From positions 2,208,001-2,272,000 of the forward strand of contig OZ255721.1 in assembly GCA_965277285.1 (NCBI GenBank): DNA of 64,000 nucleotides, in the 5' to 3' direction. Position 1 is the first letter of the stretch. Each line of letters starts with the position of its first letter. This DNA is from Abditibacteriaceae bacterium. GTDB lineage: Bacteria; Armatimonadota; Abditibacteriia; Abditibacteriales; Abditibacteriaceae. A model generated the notes under the pieces. It made no database searches. It saw only the letters and a list, made by a program, of their open reading frames with translations, and was not told the origin of the DNA. A program made the position numbers and the translations under genes. Of this stretch, positions 1 to 10,415 are shown in pieces.

Positions 1-321
1 CATCAACACGATGAAGTCGATGAACTGGCGCGTCACGTCCGAAATTGGGATGTCGCAAATATCGTAGCGATGGGCGCGTACCAAATACAACAACAAATCG
101 AGCGGCCCTTCAAAAATCGGCAAACGCACGCGATGACCCGTGAAACGTTCGGGATCGCGCACGCGCGGCTGATCGGGAATCACACTTTCAGGATTTGAAC
201 TTTCGACCGTTAGACTTCGGGGAATCGAACTTTGCGAAGCATCTTCGAGCGCTGCGAGATCGGTGGATTCGAGTACTCGATCGTCCAAAGATTCGCCTGT
301 TGGCGCTGCGAACGCTGTCAT
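1..321 (-). CDS. scpA: Segregation and condensation protein A (SMC kleisin), 3'-truncated by window edge
   Basis: Own translation from ATG at 321, which overlaps the upstream TGA: MTAFAAPTGESLDDRVLES...RLPIFEGPLDLLLYLVRAHRYDICDIPISDVTRQF. FEGPLDLLL is the ScpA signature. Confidence 0.9.
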   Translation of the reverse strand, partial: MTAFAAPTGESLDDRVLESTDLAALEDASQSSIPRSLTVESSNPESVIPDQPRVRDPERFTGHRVRLPIFEGPLDLLLYLVRAHRYDICDIPISDVTRQFIDFIVLM

Positions 322-1019
322 CAAAAACCGGCTCCAAGCGCGAAACCGACCAGACGATATGCAAAGTCAGCAAACGGTCGAATAACGATGGAGAAGACGC
401 CAAAATACGATAGCGCCATCAAGAGCATGAACGAAAAAGGCCGGATCGCCTGAAACAAATCGGCGACGAACGGCGGCCCCAAACCTTCCAAAACGTAATG
501 CCCGTCAAGCGGTGGAAACGGAAACATGTTGAAGGCCGCCAACACGATATTGACCAAAATCCCTTGTATTAACATGTTGGTGATTACAATGGCCGGTGTC
601 AAAGGGCCGCTGGCCACATCGTCCAAGCCGTTGCCATACCAGCCGAAATGTTGCGCCAGCACGCGAAACCCGAACAACAACGCGAACCAAATTGGCACTT
701 GCAGCAAATTGGAAATCGGCCCGGCGATCGCCACCAGCATCGTATCGCGGCGCGGATTGCCCAGATTGCGCGCCTGGAACGGAACCGGCTTCGCCCAGCC
801 CAATCCGAAGCCGACCAATCGCGTCAAGACGAACATGATCGAGCCGAACGGATCGAGGTGCGCCAAAGGATCAATCGTCAGGCGTCCCATGCGGCGCGGC
901 GTGTCGTCGCCCAGTTTCACTGCTGTCCACGCGTGCGCAAATTCGTGCAAAGTGAACGCGATGACGAACGCTGGCAGCGACAACAACAAGTCGATAATGC
1001 TGGATTGTAAATTCGTCAT
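321..1019 (-). CDS. Site-2 protease family (M50) membrane metalloprotease
   Basis: HEFAH zinc motif, AGPISN, NMFPFPPLDG motif, hydrophobic segments. Confidence 0.92.
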   Translation of the reverse strand: MTNLQSSIIDLLLSLPAFVIAFTLHEFAHAWTAVKLGDDTPRRMGRLTIDPLAHLDPFGSIMFVLTRLVGFGLGWAKPVPFQARNLGNPRRDTMLVAIAGPISNLLQVPIWFALLFGFRVLAQHFGWYGNGLDDVASGPLTPAIVITNMLIQGILVNIVLAAFNMFPFPPLDGHYVLEGLGPPFVADLFQAIRPFSFMLLMALSYFGVFSIVIRPFADFAYRLVGFALGAGF

Positions 1020-1078
1020 GGAACGGAAATTTGCGACGAAAACGAACTAAATTGGGAATCGAGTACTCGATTGTCGTG

Positions 1079-1163
1079 AACGAACCCGAAGCGTCAGCGA
1101 CGGGCTTGAGTAAAAGTAACATAGAACTGCAAGTAAGCCCGTCGCTCACGCTGCGGGTTCGTT
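1079..1163. repeat. REP-like inverted repeat, family B
   Basis: AACGAACCCGAAGCGTCAGCGACGGGCTT...AAGCCCGTCGCTCACGCTGCGGGTTCGTT; related arms at about 33548, 40765-40848 and 55731-55770. Confidence 0.7.
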
Positions 1164-1173
1164 AGAAGCGAAA

Positions 1174-2517
1174 TTATTTATCGGCGCGCAAGCGTCCAGG
1201 CACTAAATCGTGAGACAATAAATCTTCCAAAGTTTCGCGCTCGACAATGACGTCGGCTTTGCCGTTGTTCACCAAAACGACGGCAGGACGGCGAAAGCGG
1301 TTGTAATTGGAAGCCATCGCCTGATTGTAAGCGCCGGTCGATTGCACCGCCAAGATATCGCCATTTTGCATCGGCGCGACAAGAGTGTTTTCAATTAAGG
1401 TATCGGTTTCGCAATGCTTGCCCGAAATCGTCACTTTCTGGCGCTCGGGGTCATCGGCGTGCGTGGCGTTCAAGCACGAATAGCGCGCTTCATAAAGTGC
1501 CGGACGCGGGTTATCGGAAATGCCGCCATCGACCGCGACATACGTGCGAATGCCAGGCACATCTTTAATGCCGCCGACGGTGTAAAGCGTGACGCCCGCT
1601 TCGCCAACAATCGCGCGGCCTGGCTCAACGTACAAATGCGGAACTTTCAAGCCCAAGCGCGCGCATTCGGCCTGAACCGTTCCAATGACGGCATTGGCGT
1701 ATTCTTCAAAAGTTGGCGGTGTGTCTTCCGGCACGTAACGAATGCCCAAACCGCCGCCCAAATCCAAATCATCGAATTCGCGTCCCAGATCGCTTTTGAT
1801 TTCGCTGAGGAATTCGCACATGATGCGTGCGCCCATGGTGAAGAAATCGGCTTCCAAAATCTGGCTGCCGATATGCGAACTCAGGCCGCGCAAATCGAGG
1901 TTTTGCAGCGACAACGCGAGATTGACGCCGCGCCGCGCCGCGCCGCCTTCGATGTTCATGCCGAACTTGGTATCAGTTTTTCCGACTGCGATGTAACGAT
2001 GCGTATGCGGGTCGACTGGCGGCGTCAGACGTAGCAAAATCGGCTGACGCACGCCAAGAGTACTTGCAATGTTATCCAGCAACATCATTTCATCTTCGTT
2101 ATCGACGATGATGCGCCCGATGCGCGCGCGAACCGCCATTTCCAGTTCGTCGCGCGATTTGTTGTTGCCGTGAAAAACGATGCGCTCGACCGGAAAATCG
2201 GCGCGCAAAGCGGAAATCAATTCGCCCGCAGACGCGACATCGATCATCAAGCCTTCCTGTGCTACAATGCGCGACATCGCCAGGCACGCGAAGGCTTTGC
2301 TGGCGTAAATCACATCGGTTTGCGGATGCAGTTTTTGTAAGGCGCTTTTTAAATCGCGCATGGTCTGGCGAATGTGCGCTTCGTCCATCACATACAAGGG
2401 CGTGCCAAATTCACGCGCCAATTCGAGCGCGTCGCAACCACCGACTTCCAAATGTCCCTGCGCGTTGACGCTCTGCGTTCCCAGTAAAAACACGGTCAAT
2501 TTCTCTCTTTCAAGCAA
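1174..2517 (-). CDS. lysA: Diaminopimelate decarboxylase
   Basis: YASKAF PLP lysine, HIGSQI, EPGRAIV, HCETD, GAYNQAMASNYN motifs. Confidence 0.95.
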   Translation of the reverse strand: MLEREKLTVFLLGTQSVNAQGHLEVGGCDALELAREFGTPLYVMDEAHIRQTMRDLKSALQKLHPQTDVIYASKAFACLAMSRIVAQEGLMIDVASAGELISALRADFPVERIVFHGNNKSRDELEMAVRARIGRIIVDNEDEMMLLDNIASTLGVRQPILLRLTPPVDPHTHRYIAVGKTDTKFGMNIEGGAARRGVNLALSLQNLDLRGLSSHIGSQILEADFFTMGARIMCEFLSEIKSDLGREFDDLDLGGGLGIRYVPEDTPPTFEEYANAVIGTVQAECARLGLKVPHLYVEPGRAIVGEAGVTLYTVGGIKDVPGIRTYVAVDGGISDNPRPALYEARYSCLNATHADDPERQKVTISGKHCETDTLIENTLVAPMQNGDILAVQSTGAYNQAMASNYNRFRRPAVVLVNNGKADVIVERETLEDLLSHDLVPGRLRADK

Positions 2518-2709
2518 ATTACAAGCAATCTTGTGTCACGATTCTTCGTTCTGGACGAAGGAAGTTTAGCACAGCGCAAGGTGCCCTTACCCAAGCGACG
2601 CCGCAGCAAAGTTTATTTCTTCAAGCGCCCGTATCTTTTTCGCGGTGTGCGCGTTAAGTTAGACTCCGCACATGATTTTGATTGATCCAAACAATTTTGA
2701 GGACGTTTC

Positions 2710-3090
2710 ATGAAGATTTTATTTGTGGATGACATTCGAGACACGCGCGAGTTTTTTCGTTTCGCCTTTCAACTCGAGAAAGTCAATGTTCAACTGGCCG
2801 CCAACGGTCAGGAAGCCGTTGAATTAGCGGCCAAAGGCGATTTCGACGCGATTGTAATGGACGTGGAAATGCCCGAAATGAACGGCTGGGACGCCGTGCG
2901 CGCCATTCGCGCCTTGCCTAACGGACACAAGCATCACATCCCAATTTTGATGTACACCGCCGCGATAGACAACGACGTGCGCGCCCACGCTCAAGAAGTC
3001 GGCGCCGATGCTGTCTTATTTAAGCCACTTTTGCCGCGCGAAATCTTGACGCGCATCGAAAAACTGCTGGAAGTCAACGCACAAAGATGA
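2710..3090 (+). CDS. Single-domain response regulator (REC)
   Basis: ILFVDD...MDVEMPEMNG...KP. Confidence 0.9.
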   Translation: MKILFVDDIRDTREFFRFAFQLEKVNVQLAANGQEAVELAAKGDFDAIVMDVEMPEMNGWDAVRAIRALPNGHKHHIPILMYTAAIDNDVRAHAQEVGADAVLFKPLLPREILTRIEKLLEVNAQR

Positions 3091-3172
3091 GGACGAACAT
3101 TGAAAACGCATCGAGTACTCGAATTGAGTTTCGATGCGTTTTTGTTTGTAGCGTAGGGTTATAATTCCTTCT

Positions 3173-4270
3173 ATGACACGAGTTTTTAATTTCAATGCGG
3201 GGCCAGCCGTTATGCCCTTGCCAGTTTTGGAAGAAGCGCAGCAAGGTTTGGTCGAACTGGCGGGCGCCGGAATGTCCGTCATGGAAATGAGCCATCGCTC
3301 GAAAGCCTTTGAAGCGATTTTGGCGTCCGCGAAAAACCGCCTGCGCGAATTACTGAACCTTCCCGACAACTACCAGATTTTGTTTTTGCAAGGCGGCGCC
3401 AGCTTGCAGTTTTCGATGGTGCCGCTGAATTTGCTGCTATCGAGTACTCGATGCGATTACATTCTGACCGATCAATGGTCGCAAAAAGCCTTGAAAGAAG
3501 CGCAGAAAGTTGCCGACGAACGTGGCGCTCAGGTTCGCGTCGCAGCCTCGACCGAAAGCGATAATTTTAATCGCATTCCGCGCCAGGATGAACTAAATTT
3601 GGACAGCGGCGCGCGTTACGTTCACATCACGACCAACAATACGCTGTTTGGAACGGAATGGCAAAGCGAACCCGACACGGGCAACGTTCCTCTGGTCGCG
3701 GACGCCAGTTCGGACATTCTCAGCCGTCCGATTGACGTTCAAAAATACGGCTTGATTTACGCGGGCGCGCAGAAAAATATCGGGCCATCGGGCGTGACTT
3801 TGGTCATCATCCGCGACGATTTGCTGGAAAACATTCAACCGAAGTTGCCGACAATGCTCGATTATCGCACGCACGTCAAAGGCGATTCGATGTATAACAC
3901 GCCCAATACGTGGGGCATTTACATGATCGATCTGGTCGGCAAATGGCTGCAAGATTTGGGTGGATTATCGGCAATGCGAACGCTAAACGAAGCCAAAGCG
4001 CGCGAACTTTACGCGGCCATTGACACGACCGACTTTTATCGCGGCCACGCGCAACCCGACAGCCGCTCGCTGATGAACGTGACCTTTCGCCTGCCCAACG
4101 AAGATTTGGAAAAACTGTTCGTCAAAGAAGCAACGGCGCAAGGTTTGGACGGTTTAAAAGGCCACCGCGATGTCGGTGGCCTGCGCGCCTCGATTTACAA
4201 CGCCTTTCCACCCGAAGGCGTGACGGCTCTGGTGAACTTTATGCGCGAGTTCGAGAAGTCGCATGGCTAA
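3173..4270 (+). CDS. serC: Phosphoserine aminotransferase
   Basis: FNFNAGPA, EMSHRS, GAQKNIGPSG, GHRDVGGLRASIYNA. Confidence 0.97.
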   Translation: MTRVFNFNAGPAVMPLPVLEEAQQGLVELAGAGMSVMEMSHRSKAFEAILASAKNRLRELLNLPDNYQILFLQGGASLQFSMVPLNLLLSSTRCDYILTDQWSQKALKEAQKVADERGAQVRVAASTESDNFNRIPRQDELNLDSGARYVHITTNNTLFGTEWQSEPDTGNVPLVADASSDILSRPIDVQKYGLIYAGAQKNIGPSGVTLVIIRDDLLENIQPKLPTMLDYRTHVKGDSMYNTPNTWGIYMIDLVGKWLQDLGGLSAMRTLNEAKARELYAAIDTTDFYRGHAQPDSRSLMNVTFRLPNEDLEKLFVKEATAQGLDGLKGHRDVGGLRASIYNAFPPEGVTALVNFMREFEKSHG

Positions 4271-4585
4271 AAGTGGATTCGAGTACTCGAAAGATGATTA
4301 ATCTCTTGGGAAAGTCACACTGAATTTGGCAACGTCAAATTTCGAGATCCATACAAAAACTGTGCGTCAGTAATTTAAGGTGCGCCCAATAAAGATATAT
4401 TCCCAGCCAGAAATTGCCTTTATCGTGCTGGTCATGGTCGTGCCTTCTGCTGCAGCTTACTTGTTCAAGGGCAGTTTCTTACCCGTGGCATTTTGCATCG
4501 TGCTCGGCTCAGTGCTTTGAATCATGTACATCTTGTTTATCTGTCATATTGAAGCTAAAAGAAGCATTGATTAAGGAGCGAATTC

Positions 4586-5062
4586 ATGTCTCAAGACGCC
4601 ACATCCAACGATCCCGCTGTGCGCTGGGGTTTGCCCGCCGGATTTCGCCCGACAATTTCGCCCGTACCGGACGAACTTAAGGAAATGTTGCGCGAAATGC
4701 TGCGTCCCAACGAGCCGATTATCGCGGCTTTGGGCAATGAAGGCGACACGATTTTCATCGTCGCTTCGACACAGCGTTTGTTCAGTGCAAGGCGCGGCGC
4801 CACAGCGGGCGTGACGGGTTGGACAATCAAAGAATACGAATGGGCAGCGATTGCCGACATGAAAATGCAGACCGCTTCGATGAACGTGCGCATCGTGATT
4901 TCTTTCCATTCGCGCGATGGTCGCACGCCCGAAAGCGGCCCGCGCGCCAAGCAATGGAAACTTCACACCGATTCGCTGGCGCCCTTTGAAATCGCGCGTG
5001 GCAGCGAACTTTACGAAGCCATTCAAAGCGTCTGGATTCATAAAACACGCGGCGAGAATTGA
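4586..5062 (+). CDS. Hypothetical protein, possibly bacterial PH-like fold
   Basis: 158-aa ORF with AAGGAG RBS; 'IVASTQRLF' resembles bacterial PH-domain proteins (weak). Confidence 0.6.
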   Translation: MSQDATSNDPAVRWGLPAGFRPTISPVPDELKEMLREMLRPNEPIIAALGNEGDTIFIVASTQRLFSARRGATAGVTGWTIKEYEWAAIADMKMQTASMNVRIVISFHSRDGRTPESGPRAKQWKLHTDSLAPFEIARGSELYEAIQSVWIHKTRGEN

Positions 5063-5159
5063 ATTAACCGCCAAGGGCACCAAGATTTAGAAACTGATTT
5101 CGAGTACTCGAATCTCTTTTTCTTCTTGGCGCTTTTGGCGTTTTGGCGGTTAATTGTTT

Positions 5160-6482
5160 TTATCCCGCGATTAAGCGGCGTGCTCCGGCGTAATGTTCGA
5201 CCCAGAACGGATCGTCGAGGCTGGAAACGATGGTGCCTTTGCCAGTTCCCGCCGCGTTGATGAAGCGACGGCGCCCCAGATAAATGCCGACGTGCGAAAC
5301 GCCCGCTTTATACGTATTTTTGAAGAAAACAATATCGCCTGGCTTGAGCAATTCTTGCGCGATGGGCGTTCCATAATTGAACTGTTCGGCGGCGGAATGC
5401 GGCAAAGCGCGATAACCCAAATCGCGCATCACAACGATGATGAAGCCGGAGCAATCGAAGCCGTTGCGCGATTCGCCGCCCCACACATAAGGCGTTCCCG
5501 CGTAACGCATCGCCACGCGCACAAACGGATTCAAGCCTTTGGCATCCGGCCCGGCGTTCAGCATCGCGGTGCGCAAGGTCGCGCCGACGCTCAGCAGTTG
5601 TTTTTGACCTCGGCTTAATGTATCGTTCGCGCGATCCAAACCGCGATCGGCGCGCATCAAATCGGCTTCGAGTTGCGCCAGCAAAATGCGGTCTTTATGG
5701 CGCGAACTCAAAATTGCCGGATCGCGGCGCGGTGTTGCGCTTGACGGCAGCACAGTCGCAACACGCGATGGCAAGACAATTGTTTTAGACGGCGACTCTG
5801 CCGTCGGCATCACAGCATGAGATACACGTTGAGGAGCCGCGATCATTGGCGAAACAGATGTTTGTAGCAGCGGCTTTTTGTGGCTCGGCAACGGCGTGGA
5901 GATCGCGGTTTTGGCCGCATTATGCGCAATTGGCGTGGTCACAACCGGCGAAGCAGGAACTGGCACAATCGTTTCTGGATTGCGCGATGGATTTGTTAGC
6001 GCCAGGTAATTTTGCACCACATCATCGGAAACCGCAGGCACTGAAGCCAGGCGAACTGGTACAGCAACCAATCGAGTACTCGATTGTGTTTTCTTTATTG
6101 AACTGATGGTCTGGTTATCGCGCGATGCTGCGTCTGGTGTGCTGAAGCGCTGTGGCGTATGCGCGATATTGCGCGCTGCAAAGAGCGACGTTTCTGCGAG
6201 GACGTTACGTTTCCTGTGGAGCGGCGACACAGCCGAGGAAACGGGAACTACGTCGCGGCTGGGCACCAGAGTCGCCGCTGGCTGATCGCTCGAAACCGAA
6301 CTGGCAGTTGATGAACTGGCAGTTGATGGAGCAATTGCAGAACGGACAACGGCAGAACGGACAACGGCAGAACTGGCGAGAGACGGCAGGCTGGCCGTGA
6401 AAATAGTGAGAAAGGAAGCGAAAGTTACGCGGGAAAATTTCAAGAGGACACCTGAGAAAACTCGATTACGATGGACTGTCAC
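5160..6482 (-). CDS. NlpC/P60 (C40) cell-wall peptidase with long low-complexity N-terminus
   Basis: GTPYVWGG...GFDCSG...PGDIVFF...HVGIYLG; start uncertain. Confidence 0.9.
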   Translation of the reverse strand: MTVHRNRVFSGVLLKFSRVTFASFLTIFTASLPSLASSAVVRSAVVRSAIAPSTASSSTASSVSSDQPAATLVPSRDVVPVSSAVSPLHRKRNVLAETSLFAARNIAHTPQRFSTPDAASRDNQTISSIKKTQSSTRLVAVPVRLASVPAVSDDVVQNYLALTNPSRNPETIVPVPASPVVTTPIAHNAAKTAISTPLPSHKKPLLQTSVSPMIAAPQRVSHAVMPTAESPSKTIVLPSRVATVLPSSATPRRDPAILSSRHKDRILLAQLEADLMRADRGLDRANDTLSRGQKQLLSVGATLRTAMLNAGPDAKGLNPFVRVAMRYAGTPYVWGGESRNGFDCSGFIIVVMRDLGYRALPHSAAEQFNYGTPIAQELLKPGDIVFFKNTYKAGVSHVGIYLGRRRFINAAGTGKGTIVSSLDDPFWVEHYAGARRLIAG

Positions 6483-6578
6483 GTATAAGACGAGGATGCA
6501 ACGAACAAAATCGAGAGCGGCTCCAGTTTCGCATATTTTCGCGGCCCCTGCTCTTTGAATTTTCTTACGAAAAAAGGT

Positions 6579-9476
6579 TCATGACGAATGGCTCAAGCGC
6601 ACAGTGGCCGACGCGCCATAGCTTTGCGAGTAAGCCCACAACACGGTGGGACGTAACGCGACACGTTCGCCTGGCGCCAACCCGCCGACGATCTGCTGCG
6701 AGTTGCCCTGCACTGCGCCCAGTTCGACACGGCGCCATTCAATGCGATGAATACCAGCGCCGCTGAGATCGTGAACCGGAGTTAAAACCGCGACCATAGC
6801 CGATGTCGGACTGGCATTTCCAGTACTCGATGCCACGTTTGATGCAGCATTTTGCCCAGCATTCGGCGTGGCATTCAGCGATGGTGCGGCATTGCTGGAA
6901 AAAGGCGAGGTCGTGCCATGCGGAGTTTGAACGACGTAACTTGGCGCTTTGGTCATCGCAGCGCCCAATTTAGGAGCTGCGCTTGGCGTCGTAATAGATG
7001 AATTTGAATGAGCCGTTGACGGTGGCAAAGTCACAGGCGCGGCAAAAGGTTGTTTCGCAGGATGTGATGGTGCGGACAAAAGCGCCGAGCGCGGCACGCT
7101 GATGGCGTTGCTTTGTCCTTGTCGGTCAAGCGAATACCAGACCGTCATGCCGGAACGAAGGCGGGGGACGCGTGCGGATTGGCCTAAATGTGCATTATCC
7201 GGTGCGGGAAAAACGACGGCGCGCACTAACGCCGGGTCGCCCGCTTGATCGGGCGGCGTCACGCTTTCGATGCGCGCTGTTACGGGCGTCGCATCGGCGT
7301 TATTGGCGTTATTAATGTTGGTCGCGCTCGTTTGCGAGGCTTGATTTGGCGTAGTTGTAACGGATCGAGTACTCGATGCGAAGACAGCCGGACGATGCAC
7401 CGAATCACTGACAAGCGCGGGAAAAACGCTGTCGACTTTGAGGTTACGCCACAAGCCGGAGTAATCGACAAAGCGCGCCTGCAACTCGCCGCGTTGTCCC
7501 ATTTTCAAAATCGGGTCGCCTTGATTCACGTTGTCCGCGACGGCAGCAATCCAGTTAATGGTGCCCGATGCGGGAGCGCGCATCACCGACAAATTGGCGC
7601 GCAGCGTGCGATCCAGCGAGCTTTGTTCAGCGCTGCCCAGTTCGCTGCTGCTCGACACGAGGGTTTCTCCGGTGGTTTTCGCTTGCTGCGCGTAATCGTC
7701 AACTTCGGCTTTCAAGCGGCGCGCTTCGTTTTGCGCGTCAGCGCTCTCAGTTGTTGCCGCGCTCACCATGCGCACCGCATCGCTAATTGACGGTAGATTC
7801 CGTGAATTTTCACGCGACGGTTTTCTCACGGGACGCGAAGTAGGACGATTTCCTGTGCTGCCATCGTCGCCAAAAACCTGCAACTGACGCAACAAGCGCG
7901 TCGAACGCTCCTGCGCCGCTTGTGCAGCAGATTGCGTGCTGGAAGCTTCATCGGCCAGACTGCGCGCTTTCGCTCGTGCTTGCGCCGCATCGGAAGTTGC
8001 ATCTTTCGCGCGCGATTCGGCTTCATCCACCGTGGCTTGAGAAACCGTTATTTTGTGAACGGGACGAGGCGTTGCAGTGGGCTTGGCGTCGTTTTTCGTA
8101 TCGCTGTCCGAACGCGCCAAAGGTTCCGTATCTGCTGCATCGCTGGCATTAGATGAAGCGGCGGCTTCGCTGACTTCACGTTCGCGGGTGGAGCGCAATT
8201 TTCGCGCTTTTTGCGTCAGCGCTCGTGCGCTCGCTTCAGCATCGTCAGCAGTGTTTTGAGCAATGGCGGCTTTGCTTTTCGCGCGCTCGGCTTTGTGCTC
8301 GGCGCTTTGCGTTTCGGCGAGCGCCGCAGCCCGCGCTTCGGTCGCTGCGTGTTGCGCGTTTTCATTGTCGCCCCTGGGCGCGGGCGCATCGTTGCTGGCG
8401 CTGTTGGCGGCATTGTCGGTGTTGTTCGAGTACTCGCTGGTCGAATTTGTATCGCTGGAAGAAACGCCGGCTTGCAGTTGTCGCACGATTTCGGTGGCCT
8501 GAGCGATACGTGTTTTGGCACGAATGACACGCGATTGGGCTGCTGCGAGTTGCGTTTGCGCCCGATCCATTTTCAATTGAAGGCTGCTTTGCGCTTTGGA
8601 CGCTTCGACCTGAGCGGCTTCAGCACGATGATTGGAAGCGCGCGGTGCGTTGTCTTCCGGCAAAACCGAGGATGAAGACGCGATCCGCAAAATGCGATCG
8701 CCGACTTCGACGTGCTGCCCTTCTGTGACCCAAACGCGCGTAATCTGTCCCGCAATTGGCGCTTTTCCTGTCACGCCGCGTGTTTCGCGCAAAAGCGCGT
8801 GCCACACCACCGAACCGGCTGTGGCTCGCGGTTGCACGACGAGCGTTTGTGCTTCGGGCACCACCGCGTTTTGCGCCGACAAAGGTGTTTCCAGAGAAGT
8901 ATCGCTCGCGGGAAGATTGGTTTCGCCAACCAAGGGTCGCCCCAAACTTTGGTGGCGCGCCGCCCATCCCAAGCCCAACAAGAGAAACGCCGGAATGCTG
9001 GCCAAAACTGCCGGAGAAAGTTTGATCGGCGACAATCGGCTCGCAGGCACGCGCGGCATTTCGCTTTCACCGCGTGCCACGCCCGAGCGCAAAAATCGCA
9101 GTGATTCGGCAGAAGGCACTTCAAGAATCGGTACTTCAGGCGAGGACGTTTCGCGCGCCGGAACTTCATTCGCCGCAATGTTATCTGGCATCTTTACATG
9201 CGAAGCGATGTCGGCAAGCCGCGCTTTTTCTTGCGCGCCATTAACATCATTAGCGCCGTTGCGTTGCACGTCCAAAAGTGCTGACGCCAAACCGTTCGCC
9301 GCCGCCAAACCGTTCGCCGCCAAACCGTTCGCCGCAGATTCGTCCACAGAAGACGCTGCATCAGGTTGCTTGGCGGTTTCAGCAACGGGCGAGGACGAAA
9401 AAGATGATGTGGGATCGTGCAAAGAGCTTGGCATAACAGCGAAGAAATCAAAGGTTCGCAAACGATGCAGCGACAA
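6579..9476 (-). CDS. Very long HlyD/membrane-fusion-protein-like protein with low-complexity inserts
   Basis: TM segment, lipoyl half-motifs (KAPIAGQITRVWVTEGQHV; RAPASGTI), coiled coil, C-terminal RRVELG...GLAPGERV; start uncertain. Confidence 0.7.
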   Translation of the reverse strand: MSLHRLRTFDFFAVMPSSLHDPTSSFSSSPVAETAKQPDAASSVDESAANGLAANGLAAANGLASALLDVQRNGANDVNGAQEKARLADIASHVKMPDNIAANEVPARETSSPEVPILEVPSAESLRFLRSGVARGESEMPRVPASRLSPIKLSPAVLASIPAFLLLGLGWAARHQSLGRPLVGETNLPASDTSLETPLSAQNAVVPEAQTLVVQPRATAGSVVWHALLRETRGVTGKAPIAGQITRVWVTEGQHVEVGDRILRIASSSSVLPEDNAPRASNHRAEAAQVEASKAQSSLQLKMDRAQTQLAAAQSRVIRAKTRIAQATEIVRQLQAGVSSSDTNSTSEYSNNTDNAANSASNDAPAPRGDNENAQHAATEARAAALAETQSAEHKAERAKSKAAIAQNTADDAEASARALTQKARKLRSTREREVSEAAASSNASDAADTEPLARSDSDTKNDAKPTATPRPVHKITVSQATVDEAESRAKDATSDAAQARAKARSLADEASSTQSAAQAAQERSTRLLRQLQVFGDDGSTGNRPTSRPVRKPSRENSRNLPSISDAVRMVSAATTESADAQNEARRLKAEVDDYAQQAKTTGETLVSSSSELGSAEQSSLDRTLRANLSVMRAPASGTINWIAAVADNVNQGDPILKMGQRGELQARFVDYSGLWRNLKVDSVFPALVSDSVHRPAVFASSTRSVTTTPNQASQTSATNINNANNADATPVTARIESVTPPDQAGDPALVRAVVFPAPDNAHLGQSARVPRLRSGMTVWYSLDRQGQSNAISVPRSALLSAPSHPAKQPFAAPVTLPPSTAHSNSSITTPSAAPKLGAAMTKAPSYVVQTPHGTTSPFSSNAAPSLNATPNAGQNAASNVASSTGNASPTSAMVAVLTPVHDLSGAGIHRIEWRRVELGAVQGNSQQIVGGLAPGERVALRPTVLWAYSQSYGASATVRLSHSS

Positions 9477-9968
9477 CTAAAACGAGCAATCAATGTTATT
9501 AGGATGGCAAACGCTCAGCGAGCTGCTATTTGAGAAAACCTCAACTATCGAAAATACTTTCCAGCAGAGTTTTAGTGGCAATAAAATCAAGGCATATTTT
9601 ACGCGCCCTCCTCGGTTCCCGCAACGCGCAGCAAGCTCGAAATGTCCGCTGCAGACGCCAATTCAGCAATAAAGAGCGTGGAAGTTTTCTGGAGCCTCAG
9701 CCTGCGTCTTCGCATCTTTTGCGTTACCCACGTTGTCTTTCGTTGAAGCGACGCGCCTTGCAAATCGCGCAAAGGTCGTGCTACGTAAAGGTACAAAATG
9801 TTCCACCTTTTGCAACCTGTGTTGCGGGTCTCCGATGACTTTCGTTTGTCGCGTTCACGCTCCAATCGAGTACTCGATTTGGTCAAGTTGAACTTTATCG
9901 TTTGTTGCGTCACGGCTTGTGTCGCGCCATGTCTTTTGAGAATCGTCATTTTAGAGTAATATCAGCGT

Positions 9969-10415
9969 ATGTTGCCTTCTTCCACTTCTTCGTCTTCAGG
10001 CGCGCACGAGCGGCTCTGGATCATCGGGCTGAGCATTGCGCTGGCGGTTTATTCTCTGGTCGTCGGCGTTGCGTTGCTGGCGGGCGCGTTGTCGCCGTTT
10101 CATGCTTCGTGGCTGCTGGCTTTGGTGCCCTTTGTTTTGGCATGCTGGTATGTTTATGGATTTTTGCAGCCGAATCCGTCATCAAAAGGCACTTCGGCGC
10201 CCGATTTTGGTTTATTGTTGTCGGCTGGCGGCTGGGCGCTGACGCTTTTATCGTTGCTCATTGCGCAACCTGCGCCAATTCCAAGTAACGCGACTTCTTC
10301 ATCGAGCGATGTCACAGCGGCATTTTGCGGCGTACTGGCGTTGTTGTGCCTTTTGTGCGGCGCCATTTTATCCTGGCGCTCGTGGAATGAAACGGCATCC
10401 CACAACGCGATATGA
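9969..10415 (+). CDS. Small multi-pass membrane protein
   Basis: About four hydrophobic helices. Confidence 0.65.
   Translation: MLPSSTSSSSGAHERLWIIGLSIALAVYSLVVGVALLAGALSPFHASWLLALVPFVLACWYVYGFLQPNPSSKGTSAPDFGLLLSAGGWALTLLSLLIAQPAPIPSNATSSSSDVTAAFCGVLALLCLLCGAILSWRSWNETASHNAI

Noticed and set aside
1..321. Causal link between scpA (condensin) and the palindrome
   Set aside because: Adjacency is uninformative because the motif occurs throughout the window; SMC-ScpAB is not known to bind such a sequence.
4379..4575. Small membrane-protein gene between serC and the PH-like gene
   Set aside because: The hydrophobic frame is interrupted by a stop and has no recognisable homology; not supportable.
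9480..9960. c-di-AMP (ydaO) riboswitch or real CDS upstream of the long adaptor gene
   Set aside because: GCTGAAT and GGAACC fragments are present on the minus strand but the downstream conserved elements are absent; the ORFs there have no recognisable features.
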